Positions 53,542-62,538 of a stretch of 64,000 nt of DNA are shown piece after piece. Position numbers and translations under genes: made by a program. Positions within the stretch are counted from its first letter, which is position 1. Every line of letters starts with the position of its first letter. The stretch is from Candidatus Nomurabacteria bacterium (GTDB lineage Bacteria; Patescibacteriota; Minisyncoccia; Phycocordibacterales; UBA918), in the NCBI GenBank assembly GCA_020631995.1, contig JACKGJ010000001.1, positions 225,753 to 289,752 on the forward strand, read 5' to 3'. The notes below the pieces were generated by a model. The model searched no databases. It saw only the letters and a program-made list of their open reading frames with translations, and was not told where the DNA came from.

Positions 53542-54525
53542 TTAATTTTCTAAATGAGATATTGCCGAGGCGCTGGCAATACGACCACGCGGTGTGCGCT
53601 CTAGAAGCCCTAGCCGAATGAGATATGGTTCGATAACGTCTTCGATAGTGGACGCTTCCTCGCCAGTGGCTGCTGCTATGGTGCCCAGTCCCACCGGACC
53701 ACCACCAAACTTAGTAATGATGGCACTAAGTACCGCTCGGTCAGGTTTACCTAGTCCTAGTTCATCGACTTCAAGTAGGGAGAAGGTGCGGTCAACAATA
53801 TCTCTAGATATTGGTGCACCATCTAGCTGGGCCAAATCGCGACATCTCTTCAAAAGATAGTTAGCGGTGCGTGGAGTGGCTCGACAACGGGCTGCGATGC
53901 TATCAATAACTGATGCATCAGTTGGTACGCCGAGTAGATTGGCGGAGCGGGTAAGAATTTGTCCGATCTCTTCTTCAGAATAAAAATCAAGTCGAAAGGT
54001 TCCACCAGAAAAGCGAGAACGAAGTGGGGAAGAGAGAAGTGATATGCGAGTAGTGGCGGCCACTAGTGTAAACGGCGGTAGTTCTAATTGAACAGTACGG
54101 GCTGAGGGCCCTTTGCCAATAATGATATCAAGTACTCCGGATTCCATTGCAGGATATAGCACCTCTTCAATGGATTTTGAGAGGCGATGAATCTCATCAA
54201 TAAATAATACGTCTCCAGGAGAGAGGTTCGTGAGGATAGCTGCTAGGTCTCCAACACGCTCGATAGCGGGGCCAGAGGTTATGCGCATATTGGTACCCAG
54301 GGTCTTGGATATCAAGTACGCTAAAGTAGTCTTGCCGAGTCCAGGTGGACCATAAAGCAGGATATGTTCAGCGCTGTGTCCACGCTCACGAGCAGCAGTG
54401 AGCAAGATGCGTAGGTTTTCTTTAATCTTAGCTTGGCCAATGTACTCTTCCCAGGTACCCGGGCGTAGAGTTTGGTCTAGGTTTCCCGCATTGTCTTTAG
54501 TAAAAGTGTTAGTGTCTTTGGTCAT
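53542..54525 (-). CDS. ruvB: Holliday junction helicase RuvB
   Basis: [32 protein letters not shown] and the [11 protein letters not shown] arginine-finger region. Confidence 0.95.
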   Translation of the reverse strand: MTKDTNTFTKDNAGNLDQTLRPGTWEEYIGQAKIKENLRILLTAARERGHSAEHILLYGPPGLGKTTLAYLISKTLGTNMRITSGPAIERVGDLAAILTNLSPGDVLFIDEIHRLSKSIEEVLYPAMESGVLDIIIGKGPSARTVQLELPPFTLVAATTRISLLSSPLRSRFSGGTFRLDFYSEEEIGQILTRSANLLGVPTDASVIDSIAARCRATPRTANYLLKRCRDLAQLDGAPISRDIVDRTFSLLEVDELGLGKPDRAVLSAIITKFGGGPVGLGTIAAATGEEASTIEDVIEPYLIRLGLLERTPRGRIASASAISHLEN

Positions 54526-54576
54526 ACGGACATTATACCGAAATAGTGCCGGTTTGACCCGTGGAGTATGAAACGC

Positions 54577-54604
54577 TTGACAAATTTCTCAAATGTGCTA
54601 AGAT
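54577..54604 (+). promoter_or_regulatory. Near-consensus sigma70 promoter (extended -10)
   Basis: TTGACA (54577-82), 16-nt spacer ending in TGc, TAAGAT (54599-54604). Confidence 0.6.
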
Positions 54605-54610
54605 ATGAGT

Positions 54611-54903
54611 GTTCTTGATAGTTAGTAAAGAAAAAGCGCCACAACGTTAGTTGCTGGGGGCTATTTTTTTCTGTTCAAAATGGAGCTATCTCATTCGAGA
54701 TGACAGCTCTCTAAGCAATTGGGTGGTGTGGCGAGGACCTTCTGGTCCTTACCTTGAGTGAGAACGCTGGGAAAATCCTTAGCGCATCACTCACTTTCAT
54801 ACTAGAAAGCTTGCTTAGAGAACTTTCCTCTCGAAATATCTCCATCTATATCTATCTCTGCAAGAACCTTCAAACCGACTATAACATAGTCGGTTTTGTT
54901 GTT
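54611..54903 (+). ncRNA. Candidate ~290-nt rod-like structured RNA (family unknown; 6S-like architecture possible)
   Basis: It runs from promoter to terminator with no plausible ORF. Nested long-range pairings are GTTCTTG (54623-29)/CAAGAAC (54861-67), ATGGAG/CTCCAT, TCGAGA/TCTCGA, and AGCTCTCTAAGCAA (54705-18)/TTGCTTAGAGAACT (54811-24). Apical hairpins are AGGACC-ttct-GGTCCT and GAGTGA..CGCT/AGCG..TCACTC. The terminator is AAACCGACTAT-aac-ATAGTCGGTTT plus TGTTGTT. Confidence 0.5.
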
Positions 54904-54953
54904 AATCTTGCGGAGACTAATCTGACGTGTCGTGGAATCATTTAGAGCTATTT

Positions 54954-56633
54954 TTAGGACAGAGGACGTAGCTGTGTAATATCGACAACACGCTCAAGCT
55001 CTGCAAGTGATGTGACTCCTTCTAATACTTTCTCCATACCGTCTTCAACCATTGTGGGAATACCTTGGCTTTTAGCGGCAGCTAACACAACATGGTCACG
55101 TGGGTCGCTAATGACAACTTCTTCAACTGCCTCATCTATTCTAATCGCCTCAAATACCCCTTGTCGTCCTTTGAAACCAGTATTAGCACATTCTTTACAC
55201 CCAGGCGCATCGTAGATTGTTACTTCGTCGGTTATGACTGGTGGAGCGGGGTGTCCACGAAGTACTTTAGTAATTTTTTCTTTTTCTTCAGGAGTTGCTG
55301 GACGAGCTTTTTTGCAGACGTCACACAGCTTTCTGACCAAACGTTGTCCGAGTATGATATTGGTACTACTTCCTATGAGTCGAGCATCAACTCCTAGGTC
55401 GATAAGCCTAGCAAAACTCCCAGCTGCGCTATTAGTGTGCAGGGTAGAGAATACCAAGTGACCAGTTTCGGCAGCGTGTACTGCTGTTTCAGCCACATCA
55501 CGATCACGGATTTCACCCACCATAATGATGTCAGGATCTTGGCGAAGAATAGAGCGTAGACCGGAGGCAAAAGTGTAGTCTTCTTCTACTTGTGTCTGAA
55601 CGATTCCTTCTACCTTATATTCAACCGGATCTTCAATGGTAATTATTTTTACCTCTGGATTATGTACGGCGCGCAAAAAGGCATAAAGAGCAGTAGTCTT
55701 TCCACTTCCTGTCGGACCAGTAGTGATAATCATTCCGTTTGGACGTTTTAATTCTTCCAACATCACACGGTGCATAATGGCATTGAGACCTAGTTGCTCC
55801 ATACTAAAACTAGCGACGGTTGGGTCTAAGAGACGCATCACGGCGCTCTCGCCGGCCGAACCAGGAATAACAGAGGTACGTACCTCCACACTGCGCTGGC
55901 TGTTGTTAAAAGTGAAGCGACCGTCTTGCGCTTCGTTTTTTTTGTTAAGAATCAGTCCTGCTAAAAGCTTGATGCGTGATATTAGTCTTTCGTAAACACC
56001 GCGCTCTAAATCTACTATGTCGTGTAGTACACCATCGAGTCGATAACGTACGCGCACCTTAGCTGGCTCAGGTTCAATATGGATATCGGATGCGCCAAGT
56101 GACAATGCTCCGGCAAATAATGTTTCCAAAGTGGCACTGACGCGCCTAGCAGAATTGATAGTTTTTATCTCTTCGATTTTTGTCTTTACCTGCTCGGGGG
56201 ATAGTACGCTCTTGGTGAGACGTTCAATTTCTTCTGGGTCAATATCAAGCACGCCTTGCTTCACTGCAGTGGTGGTGTGCTGATCTTTGTATCTAGTCCA
56301 AGCGTGTTCGAGGCTGGCTGTAGACGCCATAAAAATGGACAGTGTCCAAGTGCTCTCTAATCTTTTTAAAAGTTCTTTAGTCTTTGGGTTGTTTGGATTA
56401 GTGATAGCGACAGAGAGTTTACGATTTTGTTTTTCAAATGCCACTGCGTCAGCTGCCCGGGCTTCCTCCTCAGGCACCAAAACCAATGCCGCTGGATTAA
56501 TGCTAATCCCATGCAGATCGACGTAGGTGTAGCCGTTTTGCTTGGCTAGGGCGCGAATCAGGCTTTCTTGTTCACCTTGGCGGAATTCCTGGTAGCGCTT
56601 ACTCTCTAGAATGTGGTCATCAAATTTTGGCAT
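54954..56633 (-). CDS. pilB: GspE/PilB-family secretion ATPase (type IV pilus assembly-type)
   Basis: GPTGSGKTT Walker A, IMVGEIRD Asp box/Walker B, TGHLVFSTLHTN His box, and tetracysteine CDVC...CKEC. Confidence 0.85.
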   Translation of the reverse strand: MPKFDDHILESKRYQEFRQGEQESLIRALAKQNGYTYVDLHGISINPAALVLVPEEEARAADAVAFEKQNRKLSVAITNPNNPKTKELLKRLESTWTLSIFMASTASLEHAWTRYKDQHTTTAVKQGVLDIDPEEIERLTKSVLSPEQVKTKIEEIKTINSARRVSATLETLFAGALSLGASDIHIEPEPAKVRVRYRLDGVLHDIVDLERGVYERLISRIKLLAGLILNKKNEAQDGRFTFNNSQRSVEVRTSVIPGSAGESAVMRLLDPTVASFSMEQLGLNAIMHRVMLEELKRPNGMIITTGPTGSGKTTALYAFLRAVHNPEVKIITIEDPVEYKVEGIVQTQVEEDYTFASGLRSILRQDPDIIMVGEIRDRDVAETAVHAAETGHLVFSTLHTNSAAGSFARLIDLGVDARLIGSSTNIILGQRLVRKLCDVCKKARPATPEEKEKITKVLRGHPAPPVITDEVTIYDAPGCKECANTGFKGRQGVFEAIRIDEAVEEVVISDPRDHVVLAAAKSQGIPTMVEDGMEKVLEGVTSLAELERVVDITQLRPLS

Positions 56634-56717
56634 TTTATTGGGTGAACTAGCAATTCTTTAAGAAGAGTAGAGACTTGAGATAGTTCCTAAGTCTATTTTA
56701 AGTGATAGAATGCCATT

Positions 56718-57167
56718 ATGAAAGGTAAGATTTGGGACATTAGCTCGCTAGAAAAACTAAATCTAGCTGTCAAAGAAGTTCTGGCTCAAGTTAGGAGTGG
56801 TGGGCAAGGTGAAAGTGCTAGTGTCCTAGCTCTAAGTGGGGATTTAGGTGCTGGAAAAACTACTTTTACTCAATACTTAGCCAAAGAACTGGGGGTGAGT
56901 GAAGCGATCACTAGTCCAACATTTGTCATTATGAAAAAGTACCCACTTCCAAACGATGCTCAGTTCAAGCACTTGGTCCATATTGATGCTTACCGTCTTG
57001 AGTCCCCGGAAGAGTTACTTGTTTTAAATTTTAATACAGAACTACATAATAAAGATAATTTAGTAGTCATCGAGTGGGCTGAAAAAGTCGTAACACTCTT
57101 GCCTCCTTATGTAACTTCGCTCTCCTTTAATTTAGATGGCGCACAGAGGTCTCTCTCACTAAAGTAG
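56718..57167 (+). CDS. tsaE: tRNA t6A biosynthesis ATPase TsaE
   Basis: LALSGDLGAGKTTFTQYLAKELGV...SPTFVIMKKY...HIDAYRL. TAGAAT (56706-11) lies 6 nt before the ATG. Confidence 0.85.
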   Translation: MKGKIWDISSLEKLNLAVKEVLAQVRSGGQGESASVLALSGDLGAGKTTFTQYLAKELGVSEAITSPTFVIMKKYPLPNDAQFKHLVHIDAYRLESPEELLVLNFNTELHNKDNLVVIEWAEKVVTLLPPYVTSLSFNLDGAQRSLSLK

Positions 57168-57170
57168 GAT

Positions 57171-59561
57171 ATGCCAAAAACATCAGAGAAAAAAAAGACA
57201 CTAGTACTCCTAGACGCTCACGCGATTTTGCACCGTGCTTATCACGCTTTGCCTGATTTCTCGTCACCTAAGGGAGAACCGACCGGGGCCTTGTTTGGTG
57301 TAGTCTCTATGCTCTTAAAAATAGTTGAAGATTTAAAACCTGATTACTTAGTAGCTTGTTATGACCTGCCGGAGCCAACACATCGCCATCAGGCTTTTAA
57401 TGGTTACAAAGCTAAGCGGTTAAAGACTGAGGATTCTCTCGTAGCTCAAATCGAACGTTCACGTGATATTTTAGCAGCACTTAATATTCCAATTTATCAG
57501 TATCCTGGATTCGAGGCTGACGATATGTTGGGTACGATTGTTGAGCAGACTAAAAAAAACAAAGACTTAAATATCATCATTGCCTCAGGGGATATGGACA
57601 CTCTGCAACTTGTGTCTGGTAAAAAGGTGCAGGTATTTACCCAGCGCAAAGGGTCAGAGGTAGCGATGTTTGATGAGACGGCTGTAAAAGAGAAATTTGG
57701 ATTTGGTCCTAAGTTGACCATTGACTACAAGGGCCTGCGCGGTGATCCGTCAGATAATATTCCTGGTGTACCAGGAGTGGGAGACGGGAGTGCTTTGAAA
57801 TTAGTAGGTACCTACGGATCGATAGAAAAAATCATATCTGCCATTAAGAAGAAGGGTGTGGAGGTGGTATCAAAGGAAAGTGGGGTACAAAAACGTTTTG
57901 TGGAGCTGGTGGGGAAACACGAAGAAGAAGCTAAGTTTTCGAAAATGTTGGCCACTATTCGGTTGGATTCGCCAATTAAGTTTGTGTTGCCAGAGCGTCA
58001 CTGGTTAGAAGACGTAAAGAAAGATGAAGTGCTGACACTATTCAGTGAGTTAGGTTTTCGTACCTTGGCTACACGCTTTAAAACTCTACTGAATATCGAA
58101 GCAGAAGAAAACTACGACGGTGGACAATTTTCCGAAGAGGAATTGAAGACTGCGGCAGTAATGTTGTGGCTTATTGAGTCGGACCGCACAAATCCAACAA
58201 TTGATGACATTATTGATTATGGACGCTCTGTATATGCTCTTACCGATATACCTGCCATTTTAAAAAAGTTTGAGGAGGAACTACATAAGCAAGAACTCTG
58301 GGAAGTTTATGAAAAAATCGAGAAGCCACTTATTCCGGTCCTTGATAAGGTAAATCAAACTGGTATCAAGTTGGATATTGAGTATCTAGCTAAACTTTCC
58401 AAGACATTCCGCACCGAACTCGCATCATTAGAGAAGGAGATACTTCAACACGCTGGGCAGGACTTTAATATTAATTCACCAAAACAGCTTGGTGACATTA
58501 TCTACGACAAACTTGGACTTAAACCGAAGCGTCAAAAGAAAACAGCTGGTGGAGCACGCTCTACTCGCGAGAGTGAACTTTCACAAATGAAAGATGATCA
58601 CCCGATCATTAACGCCATCCTGCGTTATCGCGAACTTTCAAAATTAGTTTCCACCTACGTGGATAACCTACCGCCTTTGGTGAAAGAGGATGGAAGACTT
58701 CGCACCACATTCTTGCAGACCGGTACTGTGACTGGGCGTATTGGCTCACGCGACCCTAACCTCCAGAATATTCCAGTTCGCACAGAGGAGGGAAGGGCTG
58801 TGCGTCAGGCTTTTGTGGCTGAAAAGGGATATAAGCTATTATCGATAGACTATTCTCAAATAGAACTTCGTATCGCCGCTATTTTATCGGAGGATCAAAA
58901 GATGCTCGAGATTTTCCAAAGCGGTCAGGACGTTCACAGTGCGGTAGCTTCCAGGGTTTTCGGAGTCGAGGAAAGTGAGGTAACTCCTGATATGCGCAGA
59001 AGAGCCAAGGTAATTAACTTTGGTATCCTCTACGGGATGGGGGTTAATGCCCTCAGGGCTAACTTAGGAGAGGATACCAGCCGAGAAGAAGCTCAAGAAT
59101 TCTTAAATGCCTACTTCAATACCTTCACTCGTCTCGCTGAATATCTAGAGGAAACAAAAGCCTACGCTCGTGAACACGGATTCACCAAAACCTTATTTGG
59201 TCGCCGTCGCTATTTCCCGGGTATACAATCTAGTGCACCCTTCTTACGCGCTAGCGCTGAGCGTATGGCTATTAATGCACCGATTCAAGGTACTGAGGGA
59301 GACATCTTGCGTATTGCTATGGTGAACATTGATAATTATCTAAACTCCAACAATCTAAACGATGAGGTGCGGACGCTTCTTCAGGTGCATGACGAACTAG
59401 TTTTTGAAGTGAAGGAAGAAAAACTCACCGAACTCGCCCCATCCTTAGCGAAGATAATGAGAGAAGTCTTCGCCGGACAGGACATCAAGCAGATACCGAT
59501 TGAGGTGGAGGCCAAGGTGGGGGACAATTGGTCAGAGATGACTAAGTTAAAACTATCCTAA
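57171..59561 (+). CDS. polA: DNA polymerase I (5'-3' exonuclease + polymerase; short middle region)
   Basis: 5' nuclease region (LLDAHAILHRAYHA, EADDMLGT). Polymerase motifs DYSQIELRI, RRRAKVINFGILYG and QVHDELVFE. Confidence 0.9.
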   Translation: MPKTSEKKKTLVLLDAHAILHRAYHALPDFSSPKGEPTGALFGVVSMLLKIVEDLKPDYLVACYDLPEPTHRHQAFNGYKAKRLKTEDSLVAQIERSRDILAALNIPIYQYPGFEADDMLGTIVEQTKKNKDLNIIIASGDMDTLQLVSGKKVQVFTQRKGSEVAMFDETAVKEKFGFGPKLTIDYKGLRGDPSDNIPGVPGVGDGSALKLVGTYGSIEKIISAIKKKGVEVVSKESGVQKRFVELVGKHEEEAKFSKMLATIRLDSPIKFVLPERHWLEDVKKDEVLTLFSELGFRTLATRFKTLLNIEAEENYDGGQFSEEELKTAAVMLWLIESDRTNPTIDDIIDYGRSVYALTDIPAILKKFEEELHKQELWEVYEKIEKPLIPVLDKVNQTGIKLDIEYLAKLSKTFRTELASLEKEILQHAGQDFNINSPKQLGDIIYDKLGLKPKRQKKTAGGARSTRESELSQMKDDHPIINAILRYRELSKLVSTYVDNLPPLVKEDGRLRTTFLQTGTVTGRIGSRDPNLQNIPVRTEEGRAVRQAFVAEKGYKLLSIDYSQIELRIAAILSEDQKMLEIFQSGQDVHSAVASRVFGVEESEVTPDMRRRAKVINFGILYGMGVNALRANLGEDTSREEAQEFLNAYFNTFTRLAEYLEETKAYAREHGFTKTLFGRRRYFPGIQSSAPFLRASAERMAINAPIQGTEGDILRIAMVNIDNYLNSNNLNDEVRTLLQVHDELVFEVKEEKLTELAPSLAKIMREVFAGQDIKQIPIEVEAKVGDNWSEMTKLKLS

Positions 59562-59564
59562 GAT

Positions 59565-60263
59565 ATGCTGAACGTATTTTTTGGAAACGATACGGTTAAG
59601 GTGCGCCAAAAAGCCTTTGACTATGTAGATAAAGAAAAAGGGGAGACCACCTTGGTTTTAATTGATGCTGATAGTTATGAAGAGGGGATTTTGAGCACCG
59701 CCACAGAAGGCAATTCTCTCTTTGGAGAAAAATACTTTTATGTTTTGGATAATTGGTCGGCAAATTCTTTAGCTTATGAAGAGTTAACTAAGCACTTGGA
59801 CCGCCTAAAAGAGGCAGAACATAATTTTGTTGTGGTGGAAGGGACAATGTTGGCACCAGAAAAAAAGAAATTTGAAAAGCACGCTGATAAATTCGAGGAG
59901 TACAAAAGTGAAGCTGTTAAAAGTTTCAATAGCTTTTCATTAGCTGATGCTTTTGCTAAAAGAGATAGGAAACTACTTTGGCTTTTATGGAGCGAAGCCC
60001 AGCTCTCTGGAAATAGTCCTGAAGAACTGGCAGGGATATTATGGTGGCAGATAAAGACACTGCGCCTAGCTCAGATAGGTAGTACGGCTGAGTCGGTTGG
60101 GTTAAAGGATTTCCCTTATACAAAGGCCAAGCGTGCGCTTTCGAACTTCAAGGAAGGTGAGCTTGAAAGGCTCTCGCGTGATCTGCTCACACTCGTGCAT
60201 GAAAGCAGATTGGGTAAATTTGAACTATCACTAGCGCTCGAGCGCTGGATATTAAAAGTATAG
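59565..60263 (+). CDS. Hypothetical, possibly a short DNA polymerase III delta (HolA)-like protein
   Basis: SLFGEKYFYVLDNW and a C-terminal helical region. The assignment rests on weak pattern similarity and the position after polA. Confidence 0.3.
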   Translation: MLNVFFGNDTVKVRQKAFDYVDKEKGETTLVLIDADSYEEGILSTATEGNSLFGEKYFYVLDNWSANSLAYEELTKHLDRLKEAEHNFVVVEGTMLAPEKKKFEKHADKFEEYKSEAVKSFNSFSLADAFAKRDRKLLWLLWSEAQLSGNSPEELAGILWWQIKTLRLAQIGSTAESVGLKDFPYTKAKRALSNFKEGELERLSRDLLTLVHESRLGKFELSLALERWILKV

Positions 60264-60353
60264 AAATACGTATTTTTTGTGATATAGTGCAAGTCGTTTT
60301 CTTCTTCAGAAGGAGAGAGATTAGAACTTTCGTATGATAGAATATTAAGGTAT

Positions 60354-60426
60354 CCGCCCATAGCTCAGCTGGTAGAGCATTCGCCTTTTAAGCGAGCGGC
60401 CGTTGGTTCGAGTCCAACTGGGCGGA
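60354..60426 (+). tRNA. tRNA-Lys (anticodon UUU), atypical C1:G72
   Basis: Cloverleaf of 73 nt. Acceptor CCGCCCA/TGGGCGG, D arm GCTC-AGCTGGTA-GAGC, anticodon stem TTCGC/GCGAG, loop CTTTTAA, T arm GTTGG-TTCGAGT-CCAAC. No encoded CCA. Confidence 0.85.
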
Positions 60427-60430
60427 CATT

Positions 60431-61258
60431 ATGAAGTCTTTCAAACAGATATGCATTGATTTGCGTCGGAAGGACCATACCCTGAACGAAATTATTGAAA
60501 TAACAGGTCGTAGCAAGACCACTGTTTATTACCATATTAAGGACATTGCCCTTAGCGAAGAGAAGCGTAAACAAATTTCAGAGAATTCAAGAAGATTGGC
60601 GATTGGGGTCGCATCTTCACGTCGAGGTATTGCATTACGTCCATTTCAACCATTTGATAAATGGACACCCGAACTCGTTTTACTAACTGCCCACATGGTT
60701 TTTGACGGCGAGATTTCAAAGACTTGTGCCTATAACAATCGAAGTTCCGCTTTGATAGGAAGGTTTGTAATGCTAATGAAACAGGTATATAGCTTCCCAC
60801 CCAAACGTTATTTAAATTCAGTGACTGGAGTTATTAAAGTTTGCTATAACAATGTAGCAATGGCAAACTTTTTCAAACTTAAATCTAATGAGTTGTTAAG
60901 TTGCATCCCTGAATTACCAACAAGTTACCAGAGAGAATTTCTGAGAGCTTTTTTTGATGACGAGGGTTGTATGGATTTTAGAACAATAAAGAATAAACGC
61001 AGTATAAGAGGCTATCAAAATGACGTGACAATTCTTCGTACAGTAGAACTTTTGCTTAAAAATTTTGATATTGACTCGAAGCTTCAGGGTCGCAATGAAG
61101 TTGTTATATCGGGTAAGGAGAATTTAATTAGATTCCGCGATGAGATCAATTTTTCTAAAGGAGTTCGCATTAACCCCAATCGTACCAACAGCTTATGGAA
61201 GAAAAATTTGGAAAAAAGGAAATTATTAGATATGGCCATAGCCTCCTTTAAGAAATGA
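60431..61258 (+). CDS. HTH + double-motif LAGLIDADG-type homing endonuclease-like protein
   Basis: The ATG lies 4 nt after the tRNA-Lys 3' end. HTH-like segment HTLNEIIEITGRSKTTVYYHIKD. Two dodecapeptide-like motifs, LLTAHMVFDGEI and FLRAFFDDEGCM. The stop overlaps the next gene's ATG (ATGA). Confidence 0.7.
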   Translation: MKSFKQICIDLRRKDHTLNEIIEITGRSKTTVYYHIKDIALSEEKRKQISENSRRLAIGVASSRRGIALRPFQPFDKWTPELVLLTAHMVFDGEISKTCAYNNRSSALIGRFVMLMKQVYSFPPKRYLNSVTGVIKVCYNNVAMANFFKLKSNELLSCIPELPTSYQREFLRAFFDDEGCMDFRTIKNKRSIRGYQNDVTILRTVELLLKNFDIDSKLQGRNEVVISGKENLIRFRDEINFSKGVRINPNRTNSLWKKNLEKRKLLDMAIASFKK

Positions 61259-61725
61259 AAAAGACAGTCATTATCCTCGATAACATCCGTTCCGCACACA
61301 ATGTCGGTTCAGCTTTTCGTACCGCCGACGGAGCGGGAGTAGAAAAGATATATCTTCTTGGTACAACAGCGTCGCCGAGAGACCGCTTTGGTCGTGAAGT
61401 AGCGGAAATCAAGAAGACTTCACTCGGCGCTTCAGAAATGGTCCCGTGGGAACATATAGATAATGAAAATACTGATGCGCTACTCACCAAGCTTCAGAGT
61501 GAGGGTTTTGAACTGGTGGCGGTTGAACAAACTCCAACCAGCACCTCTCTCTATGACTTCACTCCGTCAGAAAAAACCTGTTATATATTCGGAAATGAGA
61601 TAGACGGGGTAGGGCAGAGTATTTTAGATAAGATAGATAAAGCAATAGAGATACCAATGAAAGGGCAGAAGGAATCCCTAAATGTATCTGTAACAGTTGG
61701 TATCGTACTGTTTAAAAACGGCTAA
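61255..61725 (+). CDS. SpoU/TrmH-family RNA 2'-O-methyltransferase
   Basis: LDNIRSAHNVGSAFRTADGAG, YIFGNEIDGV and IPMKGQKESLNVSVTVGIVL. Confidence 0.8.
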   Translation: MKKTVIILDNIRSAHNVGSAFRTADGAGVEKIYLLGTTASPRDRFGREVAEIKKTSLGASEMVPWEHIDNENTDALLTKLQSEGFELVAVEQTPTSTSLYDFTPSEKTCYIFGNEIDGVGQSILDKIDKAIEIPMKGQKESLNVSVTVGIVLFKNG

Positions 61726-61852
61726 CTAGAGCCACATTTAGGACTTTTCAACATCTTATCCCTAGGGTTGCTTTTTCAACAAATTTGTGATATAGTACAA
61801 GCAGTTGAACTGGAGCAAAGCTCCGATCGCAAATTGAAATAGGAGAGGTGCT

Positions 61853-62452
61853 ATGCGCATTTTGAAGAGAATACTCTTCCTTGCCTTGGCTATCGTGGGT
61901 TTGAGTCAGCTTTTTTCCTGGTACTCGAACTTCGACCGCCAGGTTGAAGTCTCCATCATCATGGAGAAGAAGTACATCACATTGGCCGACAGTCGGGCTA
62001 ACGCTGAACTTATCGCCCTGCGCAATCATTGCGGCGATGCAAAGGTTGCAGTTAGTGAACTGCAAACGCGCATCGGTGAGGACGACGGCGAAGGCGGAGG
62101 TATTTCCTACGACGAGTTGGTCGGGGATATCCTCGATTACTTGTTGAATGAAGGGACCATTTCTCGCGATTGTCTCTTCGAAGCAAGGAATTCGAGGACA
62201 TACGCGATGTATGGTCCACTCGAAGGAAACGGCTACGTTCTCCTTACGAACAAAGGTGACGTGGCTATCGGCGTCTATGGACAGGCAACCATGCCGTGGA
62301 GCATGGTCAATCACCCTGACGGCTGGCTCCCAGACGTTCTCGTGATTGGCGACAATGTACAGCTTGCAATCAAATCGCCGAGTGAAGTCTCGGTGGAGCA
62401 AGCGAGTATTTGGAATCGTTTGCTTTCCGTCCTCAAAGAGGGTCGCGGATGA
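61853..62452 (+). CDS. Exported/anchored hypothetical protein on a GC-rich (55-60%) islet
   Basis: GGAGAGG lies 5 nt before the ATG. The signal-like N-terminus is ILKRILFLALAIVGLSQLF. Upstream is the extended -10 TGATATAGT (61787-95), and downstream the terminator AAACCCCCAA..TTGGGGGTTT. The fully overlapping 236-aa minus ORF is treated as an antisense artefact. Confidence 0.55.
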   Translation: MRILKRILFLALAIVGLSQLFSWYSNFDRQVEVSIIMEKKYITLADSRANAELIALRNHCGDAKVAVSELQTRIGEDDGEGGGISYDELVGDILDYLLNEGTISRDCLFEARNSRTYAMYGPLEGNGYVLLTNKGDVAIGVYGQATMPWSMVNHPDGWLPDVLVIGDNVQLAIKSPSEVSVEQASIWNRLLSVLKEGRG

Positions 62453-62538
62453 TTCCATTTTCCGCGCCTCTCCAACTCAAAACCCCCAACGTAGGTTTAC
62501 TACGGATTGGGGGTTTGTTTTATCTAATAAATAGCGAA

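Noticed and set aside
54754-54945. 63-aa ORF inside the ncRNA candidate
   Set aside because: It has a TTG start and no SD. It reads through the rho-independent terminator and its sequence is hydrophobic and low-complexity.
54611-54953. RNase P RNA on the minus strand (GAGAGGAAAGTTCTC at about 54821-54835)
   Set aside because: The CR-I-like string is the complement of one arm of the rod helix. There is no ACAGAA plus P4 partner, no P1-P3 upstream, and the promoter and terminator orientation favours the plus strand.
61748-62458. 236-aa minus-strand ORF
   Set aside because: It has no SD or promoter, it overlaps the better-supported plus-strand gene end to end, and long antisense ORFs are expected in a locally GC-rich segment.
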